Origin: Yuukianura sp. NJ FZ-2021
Taxonomy: Eukaryota
Assembly: GCA_046563655.1 (NCBI GenBank)
Contig: CM102290.1
Span: 12,338,001 to 12,402,000, forward strand
Direction: 5' to 3'
Length of the DNA: 64,000 nucleotides
Shown piece by piece: positions 23,369 through 41,295 of the stretch; the stretch's first letter is position 1; every line of letters begins with the position of its first letter. The translations under genes were made by a program, and so were the position numbers. The notes beneath the pieces were generated by a model. That model saw nothing but the letters and a program-made list of their open reading frames with translations. It was not told the DNA's origin and made no database searches.

Positions 23369-26300
23369 TTAGTACAAGTCAAAATGTGTCGTTCCGTGTT
23401 CGGCGTAGGAGTGAGTAGAATCGGGAGACTAAAAAACAACAATTCAAATCAAGATTTTGAATTTCTTATTTTAGTCATTTTATAAATAAATTAATATTAA
23501 ATTAATATAATACAAAATGTATATAAATGTTCATTACCGAGTAAGTTTCTCTTGGAATGCGTGTAACATGCGGAGTTTGATGATAGTACTTTCCAGTTCC
23601 AAGGTCAACCCAGTCACCATTGTTGGCTCCAGACAGCGGAGACACTTGCTGATAACTGCGACTGTCCCTCGTTAAAGCAGGGAGACCAACGATGTCACCC
23701 GCCTTCTTTGCAGTGTCATACTTTGACCTTGGCGTATTCTTGGCCCCCTGAACAACCAGGGGTTGATCCGTCGCAGAACCTTCTGCCACCAAGGTCACTT
23801 CGCGATGAATCACGTTGACCTGGAAGAAAAATTGAGGTACATTCAAAGGTCAACCAAGCGTGACCTTTGACGAATCACCACTAGCGTTAACCTTACCTGG
23901 GTTCCCTTCATGTTCGAATTTGGAATTAGCCAGTCCTCAAGATAGTCCAGTACTTGTCCATTCGCATCCAACCGAGCGACTCGATCAAACGGATAGCCCT
24001 GGAAAAATTTCAGTTAAAATTTTAGTTTTGTTTAAAATTCTGTTTATTTTTAATTTTGTAACTCGAATGTTTTAAAGCTATTTAAAAATGTGTTGACGCA
24101 ACGTAGGCATTTTTGCATACTAGAAGTTCCTTGAGTGTAAGTCATACTAAAAATAGTTGAAAATTTGCAAAGGTGTAACTCCAAAACTGGGTCAAAGATT
24201 TACCATTGGTTTTGTATCCGGAAACAATTCGTTCAAGATCCCTACAAAGTAATCCATGTTTAAATCATTTTTCTGCAACTTTAGAAAAAAAAAAACAAAA
24301 AAAAAAAATTCTACCGCAGAATCCAATTGATGGTTTGCAAACTTGCGCTTCGGCATCGATCGGATTTTTACGTCGGACGCGATCCTGTTCCCAGTTGGAA
24401 ATGACGACTACAACGTCACAGGGTAGTCCATCCGCCTTACCCTTGGGCACAAGCAAATGATGAGGCCAACCTAATTTTAAAAAAAGTTGTGAGTTTACAA
24501 AAATTTTGAAGCTGATTTTTGAAAAAGATTTCAGAGGTCGTGAGGTCAATTTCTATCAGTCGAAGCTCAAGAACTCACCGCATCCGCAGATAGTCTGTTC
24601 TGCATTGAGAACTGCATCCGCTCTTTCAAAATGCTCAAACGACTGTTCCCATGGAATTGTGATGCTGGAGTCCACTGACTTCCGTTCAAAAAGATTTGAG
24701 CCCGGTTTCACTAGAACAAAATATTCCCAAATTTTAAAAATTTTGAAATTGAGTAAAAAGATGTCAACGAACATGACACGGTGAACTTGTCCATTTCGAA
24801 GAATAGACGCATTTGCTGGGCAAGCGTAAGACGAAGTTGGTGTTCGTCAAGAGATGGCGCCATAAAAACTCGAACTGTGCCGACCTGTGGCCTTCCGGTG
24901 GCGTTCGTGACCTAATAAACATGAAAACGAAAAAAATATAATAAAATATATTATTTTTGAAACATGCTGTGCATTACAACGCCATTCGGTTCAGTAACTA
25001 TTATTTACCTCCATTCTGTACGAAAAATCTTCATGCTGAAGGTGAGTAAAGCGGGCTAAAATGGGGCCCAAGTTGTTGAAACTTCCGCGCCCAAAGTCCA
25101 AACCACGTGACAAGTCCACATCACGTTGCTCCCAGTACGTGACCAGCGTATTCGGTGTTCTGTCTTCAGTCGTCACTGTCACGGAGTTCACAGTTACTCC
25201 AGCCCATACCAACTACCAAAATCAACAAAAGTGAACCACGCTTGCCCGTACTTTGGTGGACAAACGGCGGAAACTTTTAAAATACCGTCAATGCTGCAAT
25301 TTTGACAGTTTACGTGCTCCTATAGACGTATCGGACATGTCCAGGCTTTAAAACAAAAAACTACATGTGCTATTGACTTGAAACTTATTTCAAAAGTTCG
25401 AACATTTTTTTTTGAAATTATGGTAGTTAGAGTTAAGTTATGCACAACCACTTTAAGTATTTCAAGAAATAAATGTAATGAATGTTTTTTTTTGGAAAAG
25501 TAATGTCATACGACTGACGTTTTCTGGCTGGTATGGCGGCAATGTCGCCTTGTGTCTCAGGAAAAGATTGTCTGTTAAACAAGAACGCAAATGTAAAACT
25601 TAAAAAAATCTTCTTTTTTTTCGAAATCTAAAAAAAAAGGAAATTTTCGGTTTTCTGTTATCCTCGGATTTGAATTTCAAAAACAAAATTGGTTACCGAT
25701 AGTTTTGTGCCATCTGAAAAATGCAGGATCACGGACAGCAGTTTCAGCTAAAATTTAAAAAAAAGTTTGATTTTAAAAATCTCCGTGAAGGTTAAAGAAA
25801 TTGCAATTCCGTTTTAAATTAATTACTTGCTCCCATCACGCCGACATTTTCCTATAAAGTTAAAATATCAACTTTTGAAATATGAAAAAAAAAAGACATT
25901 TAAACGAATTTCCGTTTTTCTTGTTATCTTGCCTTGAAACGAAAATCTGAAACAAAATGTTGAAAATAATCGTGTATACTCTTTTTAAATGCAGGATTGA
26001 AATAGGATTTTAAAAGTAAGAAGTAGTACCTGGGTCAACCATCATCCCAATTGAACTGTGTCCGTCGTTGTGCAGAGTCCCATAGAATGCTGCGTTTGGT
26101 GACAAGGTAGATGCTGATGTTAATCAAACAATAATTAATTAATTAAGGTAATGTTTCGCATTTATATAATATGTTTGCAAATACTGTAACCACTCTAGCC
26201 TAACCAGTGTTATGAATAACCAAAAAAAACTATACTAAAATCAATAAAGTGAAATTTATTTGAAATTTTGTTTTGATTTGTTACTCACATTCCACCATCG

Positions 26301-28488
26301 CACCTAAGATGTCAATTCCTTTCTCATTGTTCAAACTGATCGTTTGACTCGTTGGCTGATTAAAAATTAAAAGATACTCAATATTCAAAATTTATTTGAC
26401 ATGGAGAAAGTGACAGCAATGTTAAGCGGTTACCGTAATGGCAATGCCCTGGTCAATTGCTTCAGTCAAACGCTGGTACCACGTTTCCATCTGTACCATT
26501 TCAATGATGATTCCTCGATTGTTGGGGTCCATGGCTCGATTTACGTTCTAATTGAGACATTATTACATCATTGCATACTTTATCATATTGAAAATATATT
26601 TATTTGAACAATACATACTTATAGAAATATGTTTTGTAGTTACCTTGAATGTCGTGTTGGGCTGTCGCGTGCCCCAGTTCAAGGCCGAGTTCTCCAGAGT
26701 CAATTTGGGAAAATATCCTTCTTCCAAAATGTCCCGGGGAATGTCAATGGCAACGGTACGTGCCAAACCGTTGGCTAAGCGTTCAGTATCATATCTAAAG
26801 CAAAAGGCTGAATTGTCAATTCAGTTCTTCGTCGAAGCGTATTTGTTTTAACAGTTGTACCTCACAATTTCCCAAAATCAAAAACTTCATTTATTTTGAA
26901 AACGATATTTTGAAAAGTTCACAGTTCAAAGTCTCATTTCAACAAATATGGTAAATCGTCATTTCATGTAATGAAATACTTACCTGGCCACCATATCGTG
27001 GTGCATCTTGAAAAACAGTTCACCTTTTCTGTAATTAATTTCAAGTTTTCAAATGTCAAAGCTGAAAACATTTGTGTATTAGGGACGCACCTATCCCGTT
27101 GTCCAGGCGGAGCGTTACCGGCGTACACAATGTGCCAAATCTGGATTTCAGATCAAGTTTTACAAAGAATGATACAAATAATTTTTTTTTAAACGGGTCA
27201 AATTCTTTTTAAACTGACCGATAGTATGCTTGTAATGTACTTTGTAACAACATTCGATGCTTACCCAGTGGGCAGTATTGAGTGCAAGGTCCTTTAAAAC
27301 AAAACAATTAAAAACTTAGGAAATATTTTGTCTCGAATTTCAAGTTAGCCTTAAAAATTCAAATTTCAAAATTAAAAATTGTAGAGGATAAAATTCACAC
27401 CTACCTCTCTGAAATAGACCACTTTGTTCTCTGGGTTGAGGTCAATTCCACTGAATGACCTATCCGCTACAACTATGGCCTGCGATTTAGGTCAAAGGTC
27501 ATTCACTCCATAATTTCATAGTCTTTGCAAATAATTGTAGTGCACATAAATATTTCCATGGTTTTACCCTGTTAAGTTCAGGAAGTCTGGCTTGGTTTCT
27601 GGCTTCACGCAAAACGTTTCCATTCAAAAAACGATCCGGAGTGATCTCCCACAGCGCTAAAATTCAAATCAAGTACAGCTTAGTTTCAATTTAAAAATTT
27701 CTGAAAATTTTGAATGTTGTATTACCGGGAAGTCGAAATGATTTCATGTCCGGCCGGAGAATGATTGATCGAGCAACGGCATAAATCCAAAGATGAGAAT
27801 TAACTTCATCACGACAGAGGCAGGCAGCGCTGAAGAAGTCATCCAGGGACGTTTGTTCTGAAAAATAAATTTTGTTTTCAAAAATTGAAAAAAAAAAATT
27901 TTAAAGAGTCTTGAGAAATAACGCTTGAAGTATTTTGGAAATCCCTTTTAGTGAAATACCCGAGAAAATTTTGATGAGAGCATCGGCCGCATCCAAGTGA
28001 CTTTTGAAAAATGGAGAGAAAATGGCGTCTCTTGGAATGACCTTGACATGGGCAAGGTCATAAGGCACAGAAGAGTATGACACGTTGATGTTTCGGATTT
28101 TGTCTGCTGGGAGACCTTTGCGCAACTCCACTACAGCTTTGGCTACGTTCGGCGGCTAAGATTGTTCAAAACAACGTCAGGTTGAAAAAATTCAAAAAAT
28201 CTTAATTTTTTGAAAAAAAAAATGAAAAAATTACCAAGCGATCCGTTGGGGTCACGTACAAAACTCGGTTGTCACCATGACCTCTACAGAGTCAAGAATA
28301 CAAAGATTACTTCAAGTTTCAAGTTTTTTTTTTAATTTTTAAAATTTTTTGAATTTTTGTGTAAAATTTTGAAATCTTTGAAATTTGGAGGTCACTGACC
28401 TTGGCCCAAAATAAATTGGTTCACTTATTCGTTCGAATAAGTACATGAACTTCGTCTGCCATCCAACCTCGGTCGGCAGTCGACTCAT
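23369..28488 (-). CDS. PPO: Prophenoloxidase (type-3 copper, hemocyanin superfamily), about 24 short exons, with a C-terminal extension
   Basis: N-terminus MSRLPTEVGWQTKFMYLFERISEP has no signal peptide. CuA: YFREDLALNTAHWIWHIVY...RKGELFFKMHH. CuB: FYGTLHNDGH...TAVRDPAFFRWH. Also DVDLSRGLDF, ARFTHLQH, the CGCGWPHHLLVPKG motif and PMGYPFDR. Stop TAA at 23369-23371. Confidence 0.92.
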
Positions 28489-29466
28489 GATTCAAATTTT
28501 TGCACTACTTGCAAAGTTACACGTTCGAAATTCAAAAAGTTCTCAAAACTTTTGGACAATAATTTCAAAATTCCTAAAAATTTTGATTTATAAGCTACCG
28601 GACCAGGAAAATGGACTCGAGTGAATAACCTCTGAAATGCATCTCCGGAAATGCAGAGACCACAGGAAGCGCATTTTTTCAAAAACTTCATTTTTAAATC
28701 ACTCTTCCAGGAGATGACTGCATTGCTCCCATTATATTTTAAAACGTAATTTTGACTTTTGCAATTTTTTTTTTCAAAATTAAAAATTTTGAACCGCAAA
28801 AAGGAACAAAAATGGAATATGCGCTGCAACACTAGAAATTTTCCTGTTGGATGTAACTTCCTGCCTCATGTGGTGTCGGAATTCCTCTAAAATAAAAACG
28901 ATAAAACGTAGTTTGGTGCAATGACATCTACTGCTCCGCGAACATTTTGCATTCTAAAATTGGTCGCCATGACCGACACGAACTAGATTTCTATAAAAAG
29001 AGACTTCAAATGATCTCCATATTTGACATGTTAGGGAATTTTTAGCCTAATCTTGACCTTTCGCGCAAAAATTCATCTTACAGACAGAGAAATAACCAAC
29101 CTATTTTTTAGTATTATAATAGATAAATTTTATTTCTAATTTATTTCTTGGAATCTCATACCAAAGGTCAAGAAGTAAAATTGAATTTACGCAAAATAGT
29201 TAGTAATTCATTTTTTAAGTTTAAATAAATTTCTAACCACTTTGCATTTCCGCCTCGGATATTTTTTTAAAACAGGACACAGCCTCTGCACCAAGTCACA
29301 AACCTGAACAAAACTCCGTCTCATCTCTATTAGCTGTAAATATTGTGGTGCTCTAGACTCTGATACTCTTAAATCTTGATCATGTGAACATGGGTAGTAA
29401 ACTGTAACCAATAAGAGTAGTGACAATATAAAATTAGTAGTTGATGTGGAATAAATAAAGTCGGAT

Positions 29467-31368
29467 TTAGCGACGCTCGTAAGAACGGGATCGGGAACGG
29501 CTGTAGCTCCGTTTTGGCGATCCTCGCTTATAAGCCCCACCACCACTTCCAACTGGCGAACCGCTGCGGCTAGTTCGGGACCTTGAGCGACGTCCACCCC
29601 CACCTCCAGCACGACCGCTGGAACCGCTGTCTTCTCGAACGGTGATATAAGCACTCTCACCCTATAAAACACAATCAAAATTGTGTAAATGAAGTAACAA
29701 ACAATGATCATGAGTTATAAACTTGAAGCTTACTTCGTGAGACCGAAACTTGGAATCATCCAGTTTCTTGATGGCATACTTCATATCCTCGTAGCGCAGA
29801 AATTCAACGACACCATTTCCATCTTTGTACGTGTCAGCGTAGCACACATCTCCTGCCTCACGCATGTGGTCTTTGAGGTCTTGCCAACTTCCACTGAGCG
29901 GGAGTCCTAAAAAGTCAGTCAATATTCAACATTAGTCAAACCAATAAATTAGTGAATGCTGGAGAGAGGAAACGAGAGGCTGAATCCCGAAAACGTTAAA
30001 GTGAGTTATTAATTGACAAGTAAATAAGGATAATAAGTATCTCACTAATTGTTTGAGTAAACTTGAGAGCAGTCATTCAATCCATTCAGAGCCATTTAAA
30101 ATTCCCAAAACTTACGACGAATTCTCTCCATTTGATTCTCAAATCCAATATCCAAATCCACAGTCAGTCATTCCAAGTGCAGTCCATTTTAAATAGCGGG
30201 ATTTTAGGCCCACCAATCAAAATTCAACTGTATCCCCCCAAAGCTCACTTTCTTTTTTATGAAAATTGAGAATGCTCGAATGCTTGTTTCAATTTTGTGT
30301 CCCCTTGCTTATTTTTTTTAAGAAAGAAATGAGCAGAGTGGCGGTGCACATTGGAATTGAGACGAGTCAGACAGTAATGACGTAATGGTGGAAGGGAGCG
30401 GGGGTGCGGGTGATCCTTCCTGTGTCTTTGAGTGCGGAGTTTGGAGATTTAGCGGGTTCCGGTACCGGTAGGATTGAGAAATTGAAAATTCTCGTGATTT
30501 AACTGATCCAGTTCCTTGTGACCATTTCCCTCAATTCCCAATTTTAGTAATTATCCGCTCACAGGGAAGTAGTTGAGTCCAGAAGGATCCGCCAAGCGTC
30601 CATTCCGACTCAACCGTCTAAATCCCTACACGTCACAGTCACAGCACCAACGACGTAGTGGAACCGCAACTTCCAGGCGTTTAGGATGCTATTCCTGATT
30701 CCAAAACCAAGTTCCACAGTCATAAGGTAACGGGCACAAAGATTCCGACTTGTGGGTCAAGGCAAACACCTCTTCCTGGCGATCCAATTCCCACGCTGGA
30801 CAGATTCCCTTTCATCCATCCTCCTCTAATTAATTTTCCTGTCCAATTCCCCTCTTAAACGTGGTTGGAGATGAAAACATTGGTCCAAGATGACTTTTAG
30901 TTGGCAACAGTACGAAATGAAGCATACCAGAAATGAGGACACGATATTGTGATCGACGGGTTGTTTGTTGACGACCTCCGCCTGAACGTCCGTCCCTTCC
31001 AAATCCACGTCCTCCACCACGGCGATCGAAGTGGTCACTCCGACCACCACCCTTTGGAAACTCCACTCGAAGTTTGTATCCGTCGTAATCATATCCATCT
31101 CGCTTCAGCACCGCATCTTCGGCATCACTAGGTGAAGAAAAGAGTCAAAGTTAAACACCCACAAACTTGTTATTTAAAACTCAAAACGTTCGGCTTACCG
31201 GTGATCTTCGAACTCAATAAAGGCAAAAGGTGGACCACGTTTATTCTTCAGGTCTACTCTGCTGATCTTTCCAAAACGATAGAAGAGATCTTCAATGTCC
31301 TTGGTCCGAATGTCTGGTGGAAGATTTCCTACGTAGACTCGGCAATCACTACCACCTCGACTTCCCAT
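29467..31368 (-). CDS. SRSF1: Serine/arginine-rich splicing factor 1 (SF2/ASF), 4 coding exons
   Basis: RRM1 [24 protein letters not shown]...[11 protein letters not shown]...[15 protein letters not shown]. Pseudo-RRM2 [19 protein letters not shown]...[12 protein letters not shown]-terminal RS repeats. Confidence 0.96.
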
Positions 31369-31779
31369 GATTTGACCTGCAATTATTTAGAGATGCAAAA
31401 CACAATTAGATCTAGACTTATACACTTTGACAGCCAAATTACAATATAATTGGAGTAAAATAATAAACCAGCTGTTTACCTGATAAGTAACAGTAAAAAG
31501 GAGCACACAAATCAAACAGATCCTGAAGCAGAAGCCTCTAAGAAGTGCTAAATAATTGGATCCGACGTTAATTGGATTAGTCAACGCAAAGGTAATCCGA
31601 CACTCAATTAACGTTGGCGAATAATGACGACGACAACAAAACCGAAAGTAAAGGCGATTTATACAGATAGACAATAGAGAGGAAGTGGAAAAAAAGGAAA
31701 CAAATACCGCAACACATGAAACACGTCCACGATACACAGATACTAAAGCATAGTTGCCACATCTCGTTTGACAGTTATT

Positions 31780-32150
31780 TACAAAAAGTAATCGTATACA
31801 AATACGTTGTGCAAATGCATAGGATATTTTTATAGTAATTATTACTATTATTATTTTCAATGTCATGTAATATTTGCGTCTTTGCTGAGAAAAACGTATG
31901 TTGTGCTTTCGAGTGCAATATTTTGTATTACTAATTACTCTTCTATTAACAGAAGGTTCCAGTGCTTAACGTTCAAGGACAAACTTATTAATACTCAATT
32001 GTTTAATCAAAAAAGCAATGTTTTTACATTTCTTTTTTTTTCTAGTTTTTATTACTTCTGTCTCTTTTCGTAAGCTATTTCAACAATTTGGTCGTTATAA
32101 ACGCTTTATATCGGTTACGGAAGGCACACAAGTGGCAACGCCACAGTCTG
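31780..32150. promoter_or_regulatory. Probable bidirectional promoter region between SRSF1 (-) and TAO (+)
   Basis: The genes are divergently arranged. Non-coding leader exons are suggested by splice sites near 31378 and 31480 on the minus strand and a GTAAGT donor at 32380 on the plus strand. The TSS cannot be determined. Confidence 0.4.
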
Positions 32151-33552
32151 TGTATTCAACCAGCTAATTTCAGCTCTACAATTCAAATTTGTCGATTTGT
32201 CAATTTTTTTTCAGTGTAAGTTTTTCCACTGCCCGCGATGTTTTGAAATAAGTTCCACCTGCTTCACACATGGAGTGATGGAGTTCAATTTCAATTTATT
32301 CGACGACGACGCTTACAGAAAGTAGTAAACAGCAAAAAGCATTACAAAAGTGTAAAATTAGAACAACGGTGTAATTTCCGTAAGTTTAATTCTTTTTCAT
32401 CGTGTGGTACAGCGTTGCGTTGGTGGTTGAATTTCAGTTGCAAGCGACGTCAAATTCATGAAGCATTTTGTGCCGTGACTGAGAGTAATACACACTATGC
32501 ATCACATGGCTGCAAAATGTAATCTACTGGTAGCACGTCTATTCAGAAGATATGTTGGATTAAAAGAGAATTTTAAGTTTTAAATTTAAAGTTCGATGGT
32601 TCAGCACGTTTAAAAGTATTACATTAGATTAACATTGACGTGTAAAGCTTTGAAGGCATTGCATCAATAGCAGTAACACAGTACATCAGGTCATTCAGCA
32701 TAGTCTCTCTGTACACCGTGACGACCACTGATACCATCGCATATGGCTGCATTATCGGTCCAGAATTTGGATTTGGAACTGAAATTGGATTTGGATTGTA
32801 CTAATGTCAAACATTACATTACAAATCGCTGCTGCTGTTTGATAAACTTGTTGTTTACAGTAAACAAAAGTGGACAGCAGTCAAGTAACAGGACTCTCAA
32901 ATCTAATCAAAGTTATTAGTGATCAGTCCTTGACCTTTAACGTCCACTCCCCAATGCTGCTGATAATAGCATCTCAATCGCTGTCGTTCCTCCAGCGCCT
33001 AGTCATCAAGCGTCGTCAATGCAAAAACTAAAAAGATTCAGCAGTATCGTAGAGCGCGCGTTTCTGAATTTGGTAGCCACGTGAGTAAGAAATAAATTTT
33101 GATTTGTGCTGTTCTTATGTTATGTGTGTAGTGTAGGTATGTGATTCCTGTATCTTCTTGGATAGTCATAGTAATCATAGTGAGTGGCTGACACAGAAGT
33201 CCTGTATTCAATTCATCCTCTTTTACCATACCCATTCAGATCCAAGTCAACGGGATACTCAAATGTACGCAAACAACCAAGTCGCTTCTATATTAATTAC
33301 CAATTACTAATTCACTCGTACATGATATCCTACACAACTCATCACTTTCATCATCTCTGTAGTTCTCCAGACGTACAGCAACACCAAGGCTACCGAATCA
33401 GTTGACCCGTAAGCCTCCGCTCCGCTGGAGTCAAGGACCTCACAAGGGACACAGTGAGGGGAAATAAGGGCAGGTGACCGCGTGACCCTGCCCACCCTCG
33501 CCAGTCACTCCTGTCCCAAGGTCCTCTCCAAGGCAACCAAGTAGCTGAAGCA

Positions 33553-38417
<4,865 letters not shown>

Positions 38418-39559
38418 ACTAATGGGCAATATGGACGTGACTAATTGTGGGGGAGGGGCTCAAGACTGTTCACCCCTCCTCCGTTGTTTATTTAGATAAG
38501 GCGAGACATGAGGCTCTGCTACACATTAATCGTCTCTCTTTTGGAGTCAAGTCCCACGTCAACACAAGTCAACAGTCCTTGGCGCTGAAATTATGCTTCA
38601 ATCCCATTTTAAACAGACCGTCCTCCATTTTTAATTTGCTTCTCCTCCGTTCCAACCACACAGAAATCAGAGCGTCCAGCATTACCTCTTAACGTCTACT
38701 TTTTAAGAGACTTTGCTCTTCTCGAATCATGTGACAACGCAATTTCAATTTTACAGTCAGCTGAAGTAACCGGCCGGAGATTTCCGAGTGACTAGGCCGA
38801 AGACCTGTTCTAGTTGTAATTAAACAGAACAGACGTGACGAGAGGTGACAAGCCTCCATTTTAAAAGCCTTTAGCAGCCTGCAGCCACTACTTTGATGCT
38901 GACAGTCCAATTGTTTTTATTTGAACTTACTACACCACGTTTAATCAGCTTTTAACAACAGTTTTCCCTCCTCCAGGACATGTTTAATTTCTTGTTTTAA
39001 TTTTAAGCATCAGCAGAAGATCAAAACTCCTATTTATATCCCCATCCAGCCTCTGACTACCTCCCCCTCTCTTTTTCTCTTTTATCAGAAATGACCTGCA
39101 AATTATTACTACGTTTTAAAAAAAAAAGCATGAAATATACAATTTAATAAAAGCGCCATCACCGCCCTTTCTACGACAAAGTATCGCTGGAATTGATTCC
39201 TCGCCAATTTTCCTTCTTAGAAATTTTTGGAGTACAGTAAACCCCCTCATTGCGTAACACTTTCATCTGATGGCGGGATACCGTAAAACTCGAATAAATA
39301 GTCCTCATTAGTATCATTTATAAAAACAATGGTCGTAAAGTTGTAGTTGTAGTATTTCCACATCAAAATACACACACGTACGTTATCCCTACGCAAAAAT
39401 CTAAAATTTTCCTAGAACATCGACAACCAACGATCTAAATAAAGTGCAAACAAGTGCGCGTCCATTAAATTGAAATTCTAGTGTGAGTCAGAATCGTAAA
39501 CAATGCTAAATAACCGTACAACAATGTGAAACTTCCGACATTGATGTCTCAATTTCTAC

Positions 39560-40620
39560 TCGGGTTGGTGTCATGCCTTCCCAGTGCGTGTCGATAAATG
39601 GAATTATCTCTCCCTCCTTTGAAAAACGTTGTCGATTTGAACCGTCCTTTACACTAGCTTGTTGCAGATTTGCAATGGCAGTGACACACATCTGGACGAA
39701 AGCTAATGAAGAAACAAAAATCACTTAATGGATCAATGAATAAACAAATTCATTGGAAAGGTTGACTTACTCACGTACCGGGCTTCGTTTGAAAGACTCC
39801 AGCCCAGTGGCGCAGAGCAGTTTTTGCAAATGAAGATGTAATTCATCATAAAGGGAACCAATTTGCAAGTTGGTAGCCAATACAGGACTCGTAATATACC
39901 ACCGATGACAGGAGGCGCAGAGAAGCTCTGCAATTGTGCAATTGTTCAGATTCTGGTGTTGTCCGCTGAAATCAATTGAAAAGTATTCAAGTTCATTTAA
40001 CGAACGGAAATTTAAGGATTAAATTGGAGTTGGACATACCAGTAGATTCCTTCATGGGAAAGTCTTCGTCTTGTTATCGCCATTACTGTCTCAGTTTTGA
40101 CTTCTTCAGCAAAATCAGATTGGTGTGAACCCTGGCCTCCATTTTCCTTGTCTTCATCCTCCACCTCGTCAAAGGCAGCAGGTTCCTGCAAGCCCAGTTC
40201 ATCAGTTGGTGCAGTATGACATCTTCACGTCCAACGTCTGGTGGAAGATGAAAACCTTCTTCTAACTGCTAGCAGTACTTCCAGCATCCAGTATTCCCCC
40301 GGGTTCGACTTGCGATGATAATGGATCCATCTCTTCGGAAATCTCAACTAATTCGCCATCTTCGGTTTCCTCTGCCGTTAGGAATGCTTCGTTGCTATCA
40401 ACACCTTCTAGCAACACTTACTATCTCCCGAGAATGGCTACGATCTCTTTGTTTTCCATGGTATCGATGCCTTGTGTCTAAGTTCTCAGACTCGAGCATT
40501 GTAAACTGTAAAGTTGACACTGAAATCTTGTTCCTTTGAGATTTGTGATACCAATCTTCATAACCCAGAAAATGGAACTGAACATTCAATTCGTCTGGCC
40601 GCTGGAGCAGAAGAATCTGA
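39560..40620 (-). pseudogene. ash2: Truncated, frameshifted 5' fragment of ash2/ASH2L (COMPASS subunit; PHD-winged-helix region)
   Basis: Across shifting frames: IAELLCASCHRWY..ESCIGYQL.KLVPFMMNYIFICKNCS.TGLESFKRS, an intron, then FVQMCVTAIANLQQASVKDGSNRQRFSKEGEIIPFIDTHWEGMT. This matches my recall of the Ash2 N-terminus. An acidic region lies upstream. Introns are retained, and similarity stops near 39560 with no SPRY domain. Confidence 0.8.
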
Positions 40621-41295
40621 AACAGTCAAAACTTTATTAGGAAATAGGTCAGAGGTTCGGATATCAAGCAAGGCCAAACTGAACACGATAATTTGTCATG
40701 TCTTGGTGTCAAATTTATCAAAGGACTCACTTCAGAGAGTGTACTGTTAAGTCGAAATGTCAACCGAAATTTTGCCAATGGTATGCTGCTTTATCAAATT
40801 TCAAAATTTTTGCGGTGTGTAGATTGGGTATGAATGTAGTAATTTCGTTTTTTTCCCGCTATTTTTAGAACAAATGAATGGAACTATACATAACTGTTTA
40901 CTTCATACAAAAGTACTAATACTTGGACAACAATGGATGAGCATTGCTATACTGTCCAGAGGCAGGTCACCCCTTCCCCCCCCCTCCCCCCTCCGAACTT
41001 TCTGGAAGGTTCCACTATATCGAAAAGCGATCATAGCCAGCAACAGTCTCCATTGTTTTCCATATAGCAGTCACTGCTTAGAAGCAGAAGAAGTTCACTG
41101 TCTTTCTAGAACCTTCTAGAAGGTTCTCGTTGTGATGTCGTCGGTCGCCATTTTGAAATCCCGCAGTGATTCTTAGAAACCCGGCCTGGGTAGACGTACT
41201 TTACGTTCCTCGCAAAAAACCGCAAAAGTTTCTCTTTTTTTTGCAACACCGTGCAAATTTTGTTTGTGCGGAACAATTTGTGAGCGACCAGTGTC

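Noticed and set aside
23369..28488. Hemocyanin or hexamerin instead of PPO
   Set aside because: There is no signal peptide, all six copper His are present, and PPO-type motifs (LFER..EP, DLSRGLDF, CGCGWPHH) are present.
29208..29711. 167-aa minus-strand ORF as a separate gene
   Set aside because: It is an alternative frame over the SRSF1 RS-domain exon and 3' UTR.
31387..31866. 159-aa minus-strand ORF upstream of SRSF1
   Set aside because: It has no recognisable motif, its composition is typical of AT-rich non-coding DNA, and it overlaps the probable leader exon, intron and promoter.
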